Of a DNA stretch of 64,000 nucleotides, positions 44,068 to 54,708 are shown in pieces. Positions within the stretch are counted from its first letter, which is position 1, and each line of letters starts with the position of its first letter. The notes beneath the pieces are model-generated. The model saw nothing but the letters and a program-made list of their open reading frames with translations. It was not told the DNA's origin and did not search any database. Made by a program: the position numbers and the translations under genes. The stretch comes from Alphaproteobacteria bacterium (lineage in GTDB: Bacteria > Pseudomonadota > Alphaproteobacteria > UBA828), in assembly GCA_963422645.2 (NCBI GenBank), contig CAXXVO010000013.1, positions 64,001 to 128,000 of the forward strand. Direction: 5' to 3'.

Positions 44068-44251
44068 GACTCCGCTCCCGCCAGGGCCCTGCACGCGCCC
44101 TCGCGGCGCTCCAGGCCCACTCTTCAAGCCGCACGATGATAACCACGCGGAAAGCGACCCGCACGGCCGGCCGACCGCTGGCCGCGGCCCCCACCGCATG
44201 CAAGACTCCGCGCCTCGCCATCAGACCCCTGCACATCACCGAGTGAGAATC

Positions 44252-45226
44252 ATGGACTCGCTGAACAGCCGCTTCACCGTGCGCAAAGAGGATTTCGACC
44301 GGCCGGTGCTGGTGACCGGCTCCAGCGGATGTATCGGGAGCTGGGCGCTCGCGATTCTCGTGCGCGCCGGCGTGCCTGCCGTCTCCTTCGACCTCGACTC
44401 GAGCCGCCGCCGGCCGGGCCTCCTGATGTCGGAGGAAGAGCTCGCGGAAGTGACCTGGGTGGAGGGGGACATTGCCGATGCCGAGGCCGTCGACCGGGTG
44501 GTGGGCGAGAAGGGGATTGGGGCGATCCTGCACCTCGCGGCCCTGCAGGTGCCCTTCTGCAGGGCGGACCCCGTCGCGGGCGCCCGAGTCAATGTGGTCG
44601 GCACGGTCGCCGTGTTCGAGGCAGCCCGCCGCCATGGCCTGCGCCGCCTCGCCTACGCGAGCTCCATCGCCGCCCACGGCGCACCGGCGGGAAGCCCCTA
44701 TGCCTCCACCCTCTACGGTGCCTACAAGGCCTGCGACGAAGCGATCGCCCGGACCTATTGGCTGGACTGGGAGGTGCCGAGCATCGCGCTGCGCCCGGGC
44801 ATCGTCTACGGCGTCGGCCGTGACCAGGGCATGACGTCGAAGACCACGGTCGCGATCCTGGCGGCGGCGGCCGGGCGCGACTACGAGGTGCCCTTCACCG
44901 GCGCTGTGTCATATCTCTACGCGGGCGAAGTCGCGGCGGCGTTCCTCCAGGCCATCGCGCGGGACGGCGATGGCGCGCCTGCCTTCGACTGCAACGGGAC
45001 CGTCACCCCGATCGAGGAGGGGCTAGAGGCGCTCCGGCGCCTCGCACCCGGCGCGCGGGTGCGGGCGAGCGGCGACCCGCTACCCTTTCCCATGGTGGAC
45101 CAGGATGCGCTGCTGCGCGCGCACATCGGCGACTACGGCGCAATCTCCATTGAGGAGGGCACAGCCGAGACCTTCCGCGCGTTCCAGATCCTGCTGCAGG
45201 ACGGGCGGGTGTCGGCCGACGTCTGA
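44252..45226 (+). CDS. NAD-dependent epimerase/dehydratase
   Basis: TGSSGCIG, HLAA, YASS, YGAYK, VYG.GR. Confidence 0.88.
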   Translation: MDSLNSRFTVRKEDFDRPVLVTGSSGCIGSWALAILVRAGVPAVSFDLDSSRRRPGLLMSEEELAEVTWVEGDIADAEAVDRVVGEKGIGAILHLAALQVPFCRADPVAGARVNVVGTVAVFEAARRHGLRRLAYASSIAAHGAPAGSPYASTLYGAYKACDEAIARTYWLDWEVPSIALRPGIVYGVGRDQGMTSKTTVAILAAAAGRDYEVPFTGAVSYLYAGEVAAAFLQAIARDGDGAPAFDCNGTVTPIEEGLEALRRLAPGARVRASGDPLPFPMVDQDALLRAHIGDYGAISIEEGTAETFRAFQILLQDGRVSADV

Positions 45227-45249
45227 TCGTGCTGCCCGCCCAGCCTCGA

Positions 45250-47337
45250 TCACAGGTCGAGCGCGGTCACCCTGTCGGCGTGAGTCTGGATGAAGGCGAG
45301 GCGGGATTCGGGGCGGCGGCCCATCAGCTCCTCGACCCGGCGTGCGGTGGCCGTGCCGGCGTCCTCGGCGACCTCGACACGCAGCAGCGTGCGCCGCGCG
45401 GGGTCCATGGTGGTCTCCTTGAGCTGCGCCGGCGGCATTTCGCCGAGCCCCTTGAAGCGGCTGATCTCGACCTTGCCGGCGCCGGAAAGGTCGCTGGCGA
45501 GCAGCCGGTCGCGGTCGGCATCGTCGCGCGCATAGCGGGTGGTGCCGCCCCGGGCGAGCCGATAGAGCGGCGGCTGCGCCAGAAAGAGATGCCCGGAGTC
45601 GATGAGCCCCGGCATCTGGCGGTAGAAGAACGTCATCAGGAGTGCGGCGATGTGGGCGCCGTCCACGTCCGCATCGGTCATGATGACGACGCGCTCGTAG
45701 CGCAGCGCGCCCGCGTCGAAGCGCGCGCCGGTGCCGCAGCCCAAGGCCTGGACCAGATCGTCGAGCTCCTTGTTGCCGCGCAGCTTGTCGGCGCTGGCGC
45801 TCGCGACATTGAGGATCTTGCCGCGCAGCGGCAGCACCGCCTGGGTTTCGCGGTTGCGCGCCTGCTTGGCGGAACCGCCCGCCGAATCGCCCTCGACCAG
45901 GAAGACCTCGGTGCCGGCCGCCGCCTCGCGCGCGCAATCGGCGAGCTTGCCGGGCAGCCGGGTCTTGCGGGCCGCACGCTTGCGCGCAACTTCGCGGTCC
46001 TTCCTGCGTCGGAGCCGCTCTTCGGCCCGTTCGACGACACGGTCGAGCAGCAGATTGGCGGCGGTGGGATCGGCCGAGAGCCAGTGGTCGAAGTGATCGC
46101 CGAGGGCGTTCTCCACCAGGCGGCCGGCCTCGGGCGAGGAGAGCCGCTCCTTGGTCTGCCCCTGGAACTGCGGGTCGCGCAGGAATACCGAGAGCAGCGC
46201 GCAGGCGCCGCCGGTCACGTCGTCGGCGGTGAGCTGGGCTGCGCGCTTGTTGCCCACGAGTGCGCCGTAGCCCTTCAGCCCGCGCACGAGGGCGGCACGC
46301 ATCCCCGACTCGTGGCTGCCGCCCTGGCTGGTGGGCACCGTGTTGCAGTGGGAGGCGACGAAGCCGTCCTCGTCCTCCGGCCAGGCCAGCGCCCACTCGA
46401 TGCGCCCGGAATCGCCGTTGAGCGCGCCCTGGCCCGCGAAGGGCGCGGGCGTCAGGGTGTGGCGCTTGCCGAGTGTGGCGTTCAGATAGTCGACCAGACC
46501 GCCCGGATAGTGCAGGACCGCCGTCTCCGGGACCGCGCCGGCATCTACGAGCAGCGCCGCATCGCACGACCAGCGAATCTCGACGCCGCGGTATAGATAG
46601 GCGCGCGTCCGCGCCATTTCGTAAAGCGCACGCGGCTCGAAGCGGACGCCGTCGCCGAAGATCTCGGGGTCGGGGTGGAAGCGCACGAGCGTGCCACGCC
46701 GGTTGGTGACGGGGCCCGCGTCCTCCAGCGGGCCGGCCGGCAGGCCCCGCGCGTAAAACTGCCGCCACAGCCGCTTGTCGCGCACCACCTCGACCGTGAG
46801 CGATTCGGAGAGCGCGTTGACCACCGAGAGGCCGACCCCGTGCAGGCCGCCCGAGGTCGCGTACACCTTGCCGCCGAACTTGCCGCCGGAGTGCAGCGTG
46901 GTGAGGATTACCTCCAGCGCCGAGACGTTCTTGTACTTGGGGTGCGGGTCGACGGGGATTCCCCGGCCGTTGTCCTTGACCGAGGCTGATCCGTCGCCGT
47001 GGAGCGCGATCTCGATCCGGCTCGCATGGCCGGCGATCGCCTCGTCCATCGCGTTGTCGATGAGCTCGGCGAGCAGATGGTGCAGCGCCCGCTGATCGGT
47101 GCCGCCGACGTACATGCCGGGCCGGCGGCGCACCGGCTCCAGCCCCTCCAGAATCTCGATATCGTGCGCGGTGTAGTCGCCGTTGGCGGGCGGCGCGGGC
47201 TGGGGCGCGGGCGCGCTTGCCTTGGGCTGCCGGCCGGTCGCACGCGGCGCCTTCGGCGCGGCCTTGCGCGGAGGCTTGCGCTTCTTGGCGGGGGCACTCT
47301 TGTCGAGCCCTGCGAAGAGATCGAGGTTATCGGCCAT
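45250..47337 (-). CDS. parE: DNA topoisomerase IV subunit B
   Basis: EGLEPVRRRPGMY, DNGRGIP, GGLHGVG, VEGDSAGGSAKQAR, TDADVDGAHI, RFKGLGEM; short, lacks the GyrB insert. Confidence 0.93.
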   Translation of the reverse strand: MADNLDLFAGLDKSAPAKKRKPPRKAAPKAPRATGRQPKASAPAPQPAPPANGDYTAHDIEILEGLEPVRRRPGMYVGGTDQRALHHLLAELIDNAMDEAIAGHASRIEIALHGDGSASVKDNGRGIPVDPHPKYKNVSALEVILTTLHSGGKFGGKVYATSGGLHGVGLSVVNALSESLTVEVVRDKRLWRQFYARGLPAGPLEDAGPVTNRRGTLVRFHPDPEIFGDGVRFEPRALYEMARTRAYLYRGVEIRWSCDAALLVDAGAVPETAVLHYPGGLVDYLNATLGKRHTLTPAPFAGQGALNGDSGRIEWALAWPEDEDGFVASHCNTVPTSQGGSHESGMRAALVRGLKGYGALVGNKRAAQLTADDVTGGACALLSVFLRDPQFQGQTKERLSSPEAGRLVENALGDHFDHWLSADPTAANLLLDRVVERAEERLRRRKDREVARKRAARKTRLPGKLADCAREAAAGTEVFLVEGDSAGGSAKQARNRETQAVLPLRGKILNVASASADKLRGNKELDDLVQALGCGTGARFDAGALRYERVVIMTDADVDGAHIAALLMTFFYRQMPGLIDSGHLFLAQPPLYRLARGGTTRYARDDADRDRLLASDLSGAGKVEISRFKGLGEMPPAQLKETTMDPARRTLLRVEVAEDAGTATARRVEELMGRRPESRLAFIQTHADRVTALDL

Positions 47338-47491
47338 GGAATGGTGCAGCGATCGGATGGTGGCGCCGGCACATACTATAGAGAGCGGCGGAGCGCCTGC
47401 CAACGATCGCACGACATGTTGTGGGCAATCGGCGCCATTCTACCACAAATGGTTGCTTGCGGGGCCGGCGACCGGGCCCAATTGTCAAGGG

Positions 47492-47921
47492 ATGCGTCTC
47501 TGGAGCCTCCATCCCAAGTATCTCGATCAGAAGGGACTGGTTGCGCTCTGGCGGGAGGGGCTGCTCGCCTAGGCTGTGCTCAAGGGCAAGACGGCGGGAT
47601 ACCGGAACCATCCCCAGCTGCAGCGCTTCAGCGCGCAGCCATCGCCGGTTTGCGCCATCGCCGCCTACCTGCGGTGCCGTGCACGAGGAGGCGGCGCACC
47701 GGGGCTATCGCTTCGACGCCGACAAAATAGCGAGTGGCGGGACGGCGCCCCTGATCGACGTGCCGCAAGGTCAGATCGATTTCGAGTGGCGCCACCTGAT
47801 CGTGAAGCTGGAGGCACGCGCGCCCGCGTAGCGCAAGGCGCTGGGCACACCCCACCCGCCGGCGCCGCATTCGCTGTTTCGGACGATCCCCGGCGGCATC
47901 GCGGAGTGGGAAGGGCCGTAG
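47492..47921 (+). pseudogene. Pyrimidine-dimer DNA glycosylase / endonuclease V family pseudogene
   Basis: MRLWSLHPKYLD.KGLVALWREGLLA*AVLKGKT.GYRNHPQL.RF, then a frameshift near 47670-47680, EA..RGYRFD, GQ..FEW.HL..KL, a second TAG at 47829-47831, and a HSLF...GGIAEWE tail. Confidence 0.85.
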
Positions 47922-48848
47922 TTATTGCCGCCAGCGGTCGATCCAGGGGCCTTCGATGCTGATGTCGAAGGAGCTCTCGTCGAGGTTGCGGAAGCCCTCG
48001 AAGGCCTTGGCGCGCCGGGCGAAGAAGTCGTCCCAGTCCGGCCGAAACGCCGGATCGTCCCCGCGGCGCATCACGAATGGGTCGAGAAAGCCATCCCAGC
48101 CCGAGGGCTGGTCGGGGCGCTGCCAGCGCAGATCGACGCTCCAACGCACCTTGTCCGAGAAGTTCTCAAGCGAGCGGTGCGGAACCATCTGGTTGATGAA
48201 GAGCACGCTGCCCAGAGCCATCTCGCAGGTCACGGTCTCGTAGTCGGCAAGGCCCGGCTCGGGGATGTAGAGGTACCAGGACTTCGGGTTGGCGACGTCG
48301 CGCTCGATCTTGTGGTCGTACACGCCCGCCTTGTGGGCGCCTCGCTTCACCTGCATGCAGCCCGTCTCCGCCGTCACGTCGAGGAAGGGGATCCAGGCGG
48401 CAGGCTGGTGCGTCCCCTCCGCTCCGGCCAGCAGGTAGGCGGTATCTTGATGCCAGGGCACGGTCATCAGCTCCGTCTGCGGCGTCTTCGAGCGCACGTT
48501 GCAGACCGGATGGCCGGCGATGTCCGGGCCGATCAGCTGCTCGACGATGGCGAGCAGCTTGGGCGAGCCCCAGAGCGAGGCGATCCCGCGCCCCAGGAGA
48601 CCGCTCATGTGGAACATCACCGCGGCCGTGCTGTAGGCGCGTTCGATGGCGGCGAGCCGCTCGAAGAAGCCCAGTTCGGCGTAGGTCTCGGGGATGCGGT
48701 CCGCGTCGTGGAGCGCATCCGCCAGCACGCCGACGTGCGCCCCAATATCCTCGATCGCCGGCCGCAAATCGTCCGGCGTCAGCAGTCCCTCCGCGATGAC
48801 GAACCCGTGGTCCTCGTAGTGGCGAAGCTGGTCGTCTGTCAGTGCCAT
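47922..48848 (-). CDS. Phytanoyl-CoA dioxygenase (PhyH) family Fe(II)/2OG enzyme
   Basis: Y.D.GF, PWHQD (HxD), WIPF.D...ETGC, HRS, RWS.DLR. Confidence 0.88.
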   Translation of the reverse strand: MALTDDQLRHYEDHGFVIAEGLLTPDDLRPAIEDIGAHVGVLADALHDADRIPETYAELGFFERLAAIERAYSTAAVMFHMSGLLGRGIASLWGSPKLLAIVEQLIGPDIAGHPVCNVRSKTPQTELMTVPWHQDTAYLLAGAEGTHQPAAWIPFLDVTAETGCMQVKRGAHKAGVYDHKIERDVANPKSWYLYIPEPGLADYETVTCEMALGSVLFINQMVPHRSLENFSDKVRWSVDLRWQRPDQPSGWDGFLDPFVMRRGDDPAFRPDWDDFFARRAKAFEGFRNLDESSFDISIEGPWIDRWRQ

Positions 48849-49031
48849 GGCGGCTCCCCGCGTATCCCTCGTACCCCTTGCATACTCCCGCGCGCCGCAC
48901 GGGTCGAGCACGTCCTGAGCCTGCCTCGCTTAGAGGCCGATGACGGGCCGATCGTCGCGGGCGCTTGCGCGACAGCGGATGGCGAACCACGATGCGGCCA
49001 TGTCCGCCCACCCCCCTTTCCGGCGCTGATC

Positions 49032-50147
<1,116 letters not shown>

Positions 50148-50165
50148 AGACAAGGAGGGAGATTC

Positions 50166-51407
50166 ATGAGCCTGAGGTCGAAAATTTTGGGGGTGGCGGC
50201 TGCCCTGTCGCTCACCGTGGGCGGTGCCACCGGCGCGCTCGCCGCCGACGTGCAGCTCTTCCACGACAAGGGCTTCTGGTCGGAGGCGTTCCAGAAGATG
50301 GGCGATGCGTCCGAGCGAGACACGGGGAACCGGATCGTCGAGGTCGCCTATGCCAACCCCGAGCAGTACAAGGCATTCATCCAGTCGGCGATTGCCAGCG
50401 GCGAGACGCCGGACATGTTCACCTGGTGGACGGGCGGCGTTTACAAGGACCTGGTGGCATCGGGTGCGATCGCCGAGCTCGACGGCATCTGGGAAGAGAT
50501 TCTCGCGACCGGCGATTTCGTCGAGAGCACGCGCGACTTCTACAAGGTCGGCGACCACATCTACGGCGTGCCCCTGCATCTCTCCCGCTGGGTCGCGTTC
50601 TACAACAAGGCCCAGTTTGCCGAGGTCGGGATCGAAGTGCCCAAGACCTGGGACGAGCTGATGGCGGCGGCGGACGCGCTGCTGGCGGCGGGCCACGCGC
50701 CCTTCCATGCGACCGTGCAGGACGGCTGGCGCGGCTTCATCTGGTTCCAGGAGATCATGATCCGCACCGACCCCGCCGCGTACAACGGCCTGCACGACGG
50801 CTCGGTGCCCTATGACAGCGACGCCGTGCGCAACGCATTCCAGATCTGGGCGGACTGGTATGCGAAGGGATACTTCTCCGATCCGCGCTCGACCGAGGAG
50901 GCCGCCGACTTCGCCCGCGGCAAGGGCTCCATCTACCTGATCGGCGACTGGGCCGTCGGGCTGATCGAGGCGGCGGGCATTATGGCCGGCGACGACTTCG
51001 GCGTCTTCATCATGCCCAACATGGACGGGGCGCTGCCGCCTTCCGTCATCGTCGAAGGCGGCCCGATCATGATGTCCAAGGAGGCCCTGGAGAAGCCCGA
51101 CGTGGTCGGGGCGCTCAAGTACTTCGTGTCGGTCGCAGGCGCCAATGCCTGGGCCGGGGCTTCGGGCAACTACATGGGCAACAACAACGCCGAGCCCCCC
51201 AACGTTCTGGTCGCGAACATCAACGACACCGTGGCGGCAGAAGGCACGCTCGCCCTCGAGCGCTGGTGGGAGGCCGTGCCGGCGGACGTCCAGGGCGAAG
51301 CGGTCGCCGAGTTCAACCGCTTCATGCTCAACCCCACCATGGAGACGGCCGAAGAGGTGATGGCCAACATCCAGGAGGTTAACGCGGAGTACTGGGACAG
51401 CCAGTAA
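50166..51407 (+). CDS. Carbohydrate-type ABC substrate-binding protein
   Basis: Signal peptide, PDMFTWW, YGVP, FYNK, PKTWDEL; GGAGG RBS. Confidence 0.9.
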   Translation: MSLRSKILGVAAALSLTVGGATGALAADVQLFHDKGFWSEAFQKMGDASERDTGNRIVEVAYANPEQYKAFIQSAIASGETPDMFTWWTGGVYKDLVASGAIAELDGIWEEILATGDFVESTRDFYKVGDHIYGVPLHLSRWVAFYNKAQFAEVGIEVPKTWDELMAAADALLAAGHAPFHATVQDGWRGFIWFQEIMIRTDPAAYNGLHDGSVPYDSDAVRNAFQIWADWYAKGYFSDPRSTEEAADFARGKGSIYLIGDWAVGLIEAAGIMAGDDFGVFIMPNMDGALPPSVIVEGGPIMMSKEALEKPDVVGALKYFVSVAGANAWAGASGNYMGNNNAEPPNVLVANINDTVAAEGTLALERWWEAVPADVQGEAVAEFNRFMLNPTMETAEEVMANIQEVNAEYWDSQ

Positions 51408-51428
51408 TCCGACGACACGCAAGCCAGG

Positions 51429-51459
51429 GACGGGCGGCCGGTCTCGTTGGTCGCCCGTC
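51429..51459 (+). terminator. Stem-loop after the substrate-binding protein gene
   Basis: GACGGGCGGCCG...TGGTCGCCCGTC inverted repeat. Confidence 0.55.
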
Positions 51460-51478
51460 GGCTCTCTAGGGCACCCAT

Positions 51479-52465
51479 ATGCCGGCCGGTCGCGCGTTGA
51501 GGCGCGCGGGCACGCAGAGCCAGTTCGAGCGCGATCAGGCGTTGCTTGAGCGCATCGGCTGGTCGCGTATCGAGGCGAACGAGAAGCGGCGACTGCGGCG
51601 CAACTTCTGGGTCGCCTTCGGCTTCATGGCGCCGGCAGTCGCGCTGGTGTCAGGCCTGCTGCTCGCGCCGGTCGTCTACAACATCTACCTGAGCTTCACG
51701 AAGTGGAAGAGGTTCAAGGGGCTGGATCAGTTCGCCGGCGCCGCCAACTACGAGAGGCTCTCGACTCATCGGCTCTTCGGCGACGCCCTCTACAACACCT
51801 CGCTCTGGGTCGTCGCGTCGATCATCTTCCCGCTCGCGATCGGCTTCGGGCTTGCCATCTTCCTGCGCGGTGTGGTGCTGGAGAACACCTTCAAGAGCGT
51901 CATCTTCCTGCCCCGCATCCTGGCGCCCACTGCGGTCGGGGTGATCTGGTTCTACGTCTACGCGCCTGACGGCGTCATCAACCGCCTGCTCTCTCTCGTC
52001 GCCGGCGACAAGGTGGACATCGGCTTCCTTTACGAGGAGAACACGGTGACGCCCGCCATCATCGCCACCTTCGTGTGGCAGACGGTGGGGCTCGTCATGG
52101 TGCTGATCCTGCTCGGCCTCGCCGCCATTCCGAAGGAGCCGCTGGAGGCCGCCCGCATCGACGGCGCCACGCGCTGGCAGGTCTTCCGCAGCATCGTCAT
52201 GCCGCTGCTTCTGCCGACCATCCTGGTGGTCACCATCCTCAGCGTGCTGTCGGGCTTCACCGTGTTCGACCTGCTCTGGATCATGGGTGCGGCCAACCCC
52301 GAGCTCAGGACCCTCTCGCTCGCCGTCTTCATGTATTTCGAGGCCTTCCAGAAGGGGTCCTGGGCCTATGGCTCAGCCATCGCCGTGATCATCGGCGTGG
52401 TCGTGCTCAGCGTCACCTGGATTCAGGCGCTGCTGCAGCATCGCGTCGAGAAGATGACGAAGTAG
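51479..52465 (+). CDS. Carbohydrate ABC permease
   Basis: EAARIDGA EAA loop; hydrophobic. Confidence 0.92.
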   Translation: MPAGRALRRAGTQSQFERDQALLERIGWSRIEANEKRRLRRNFWVAFGFMAPAVALVSGLLLAPVVYNIYLSFTKWKRFKGLDQFAGAANYERLSTHRLFGDALYNTSLWVVASIIFPLAIGFGLAIFLRGVVLENTFKSVIFLPRILAPTAVGVIWFYVYAPDGVINRLLSLVAGDKVDIGFLYEENTVTPAIIATFVWQTVGLVMVLILLGLAAIPKEPLEAARIDGATRWQVFRSIVMPLLLPTILVVTILSVLSGFTVFDLLWIMGAANPELRTLSLAVFMYFEAFQKGSWAYGSAIAVIIGVVVLSVTWIQALLQHRVEKMTK

Positions 52466-52476
52466 GACCGGGAGCG

Positions 52477-53358
52477 ATGGCAGTCTCGATCGACGACCTC
52501 GACCTCGACCAGCTCGCGGCGAAGGAGCGAAAGCTCGGCGCGGGCTCGTCGCTGAAGTTCGTCTTCGCGGTCTTCATCGGCGCCATCTGGATCGTGCCCT
52601 TCTATTACCTCATCGTCTCGATCTTCAAGACGACCGAGCAGTACTCCCTCAATCACCCGCTCTCGCTGCCGACCGGCGTCGCGCCCTTCCTCACCAACGC
52701 CATCGACGCGTGGGTGACGGCGAAGATGGGCGCCGGCCTGCTGAACTCGACGCTCTACGGCCTCGTGGGCGCGGGGCTTGCCGTCTTCTTCGCGGCGATG
52801 GCGTCCTACGGCCTCTCGCGCATCGATTTCAAGCGCAAGAATTTCTGGTTTATGCTGATCTTCGCGGGCACGGTGTTCCCCTTCCAGATGTACCTGATCC
52901 CGCTCTTCTTCGGCTATCAGAAGGCCGGCATCATCAACACCCAGTTCGGGATGTTGCTGGTCTACACGGCGATCTGCATTCCCTTCCCGACCCTCGTGCT
53001 GAAGAACTACATGAACGGCCTGTCGCGCGAGATGGACGAGGCCGCGCGCATGGACGGCGCCAGGGAGTTCACCGTCTTCTGGCGCATCGTGCTGCCGAAC
53101 TGCAAGGGGCCGATCACCGCGACCTTCCTCCTGCAGTTCACGTGGATCTGGAACGATCTCCTATTCTCGACCGTGCTTGCGAACCGGACCGAGACCCGCT
53201 CGATCATGAACGCGCTCCAGGTCTTTCAGGGCAGCTATTCGTCGACCGGGCCGAACGTGGTGCTAACGGCCACGATCATCGCGAGCGTTCCTTCGGTCCT
53301 GCTCTTCTTCCTGCTGCGACGGCACTTCATGGAGGGCATGCGAATCTCCTCGCTCTGA
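52477..53358 (+). CDS. Carbohydrate ABC permease
   Basis: EAARMDGA, WNDLL; GGAG RBS before ATG 52477. Confidence 0.92.
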   Translation: MAVSIDDLDLDQLAAKERKLGAGSSLKFVFAVFIGAIWIVPFYYLIVSIFKTTEQYSLNHPLSLPTGVAPFLTNAIDAWVTAKMGAGLLNSTLYGLVGAGLAVFFAAMASYGLSRIDFKRKNFWFMLIFAGTVFPFQMYLIPLFFGYQKAGIINTQFGMLLVYTAICIPFPTLVLKNYMNGLSREMDEAARMDGAREFTVFWRIVLPNCKGPITATFLLQFTWIWNDLLFSTVLANRTETRSIMNALQVFQGSYSSTGPNVVLTATIIASVPSVLLFFLLRRHFMEGMRISSL

Positions 53359-54708
53359 GCCGTCCGCAGGCTGGTGTCCTGCGGGGCGCGCAGGATCTGC
53401 GGCGAAGCCCGCGCTCGGCTTCGCGTCCGGCAGCCGCAGATAGGCGAGGCACGCCACGGCCACCAGGGCAGCGAGGAAGGCAAAGAACGCCTGGTAGGCG
53501 ATGGCCGGTGCCGCGCCCTTCGTCGCGGGAAAAGCGCCGACGATGACCCCGCCTACGACCTGCAGCACCGCCGGCCCGCCCATGAAGGCGATTGCCATCA
53601 ACGCCATGCCGCGCCCGGCGAGGCGGTTCGGCAGCAGCGAGCGTGCATGGCCCGCGAGGATGATGTTGTACGACCCGCAGGCGCCAACGAGGGCGAGGAG
53701 GAGGATCGCCGCCCAGGTGGGCAGGGCCGGCAGCGCGGCGAGCGTGCCTAAGGCCGCGACGACGACGGCGGCAAGGACAAGGATGAGCCACTTGCGCATG
53801 TCCAGCCGGCGCTCCAGGGGGCCGAGCACAAGGTTCGCCACGATCAGCGCGGCCGCCATCACGAGGAGCGCGTTGCCGGCCTCTACCGGCTCGAGCCCGT
53901 GCCGGTCCGCGAGAAAGGGCCCGCCCCAGAGGCCGAGGACGGTGATGACCACCGGATAGGACGCAAACCCCATCAGGGTGAGGGTCGGGAAGCCAGGCGT
54001 GGCGAGCGCCGCGCGGACACCGCGCAGGCTGTCGCGAATCCCCTCCGTCGGCGCCGCGCCGCCCGCATCGGCCGAAGGGCGGTCGCGGGCCAGCGCATAG
54101 ATGGCGATGGCGCCTGCCGCGGTCAGCGCCGCCGCGCCCCAGAAGGCCGTACGCCAGCCGAGGGTTTCCGCAATGGAGGCGAGCGGCGTGGTTGAGAGCA
54201 GCCCGCCGACGCCGCCGATGGCGATCATCCGCCCCATCCACGTGCTGAAGGAGGCGGCGGGCGCCCATTGGCCGAAGAGGAAGAGCGAGCCCATCAGGAC
54301 CACCGAGCAGCCGATGCCGAGCAGCAGGCGGCCCGCGATCAGCATCGCCTCGCCGTCGGCGAGCCCGTAGAGGATCGAGCCCGCGATCGCGGCGGTGAGC
54401 ACCACGGGCGCCGTGCGTCTCGCGCCGAAGCGGTCGAAGAGCATGCCCACCGGGATCTGCGCCACGCCGAAGGAGAGGAAGAACATGCCGGTGAGCAGCC
54501 CGAGCGCCTCGGGCGAAAGGCCGAACTCGGCGCTCAGCGTCTTGGCGATCACGGCGTTGGAGGCGCGGAAGAACTGGCTCAGCACGAACACCGCGCCGAA
54601 GCAGACGACGACCGCGACGAGCGGATGCAGCAGGCTGGGGCGTGCTACGTCGCCTCCCTGCGGGGTATCAGCCGGTGAGCGCACCGATCCCCCAGCCGGC
54701 CAGCGCAC
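53263..54708 (-). CDS. MFS transporter (start uncertain)
   Basis: GMLFDRFGAR motif A, GRLLLGIG, GWR; about 12 TM segments. Confidence 0.85.
   Translation of the reverse strand: MRWPAGGSVRSPADTPQGGDVARPSLLHPLVAVVVCFGAVFVLSQFFRASNAVIAKTLSAEFGLSPEALGLLTGMFFLSFGVAQIPVGMLFDRFGARRTAPVVLTAAIAGSILYGLADGEAMLIAGRLLLGIGCSVVLMGSLFLFGQWAPAASFSTWMGRMIAIGGVGGLLSTTPLASIAETLGWRTAFWGAAALTAAGAIAIYALARDRPSADAGGAAPTEGIRDSLRGVRAALATPGFPTLTLMGFASYPVVITVLGLWGGPFLADRHGLEPVEAGNALLVMAAALIVANLVLGPLERRLDMRKWLILVLAAVVVAALGTLAALPALPTWAAILLLALVGACGSYNIILAGHARSLLPNRLAGRGMALMAIAFMGGPAVLQVVGGVIVGAFPATKGAAPAIAYQAFFAFLAALVAVACLAYLRLPDAKPSAGFAADPARPAGHQPADGSERGDSHALHEVPSQQEEEQDRRNARDDRGR

Noticed and set aside
47170-47337. Lys/Pro/Ala-rich N-terminal extension of ParE
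   Set aside because: Low-complexity N-terminal tails starting with a DLF-like motif are common in alphaproteobacterial ParE, so this is not distinctive.
47492-47921. Amber (TAG) read-through or pyrrolysine recoding in the glycosylase gene
   Set aside because: The gene also has a frameshift, TAG is a normal stop for many genes here (e.g. kynU, rpsD), and no pyl genes are visible.
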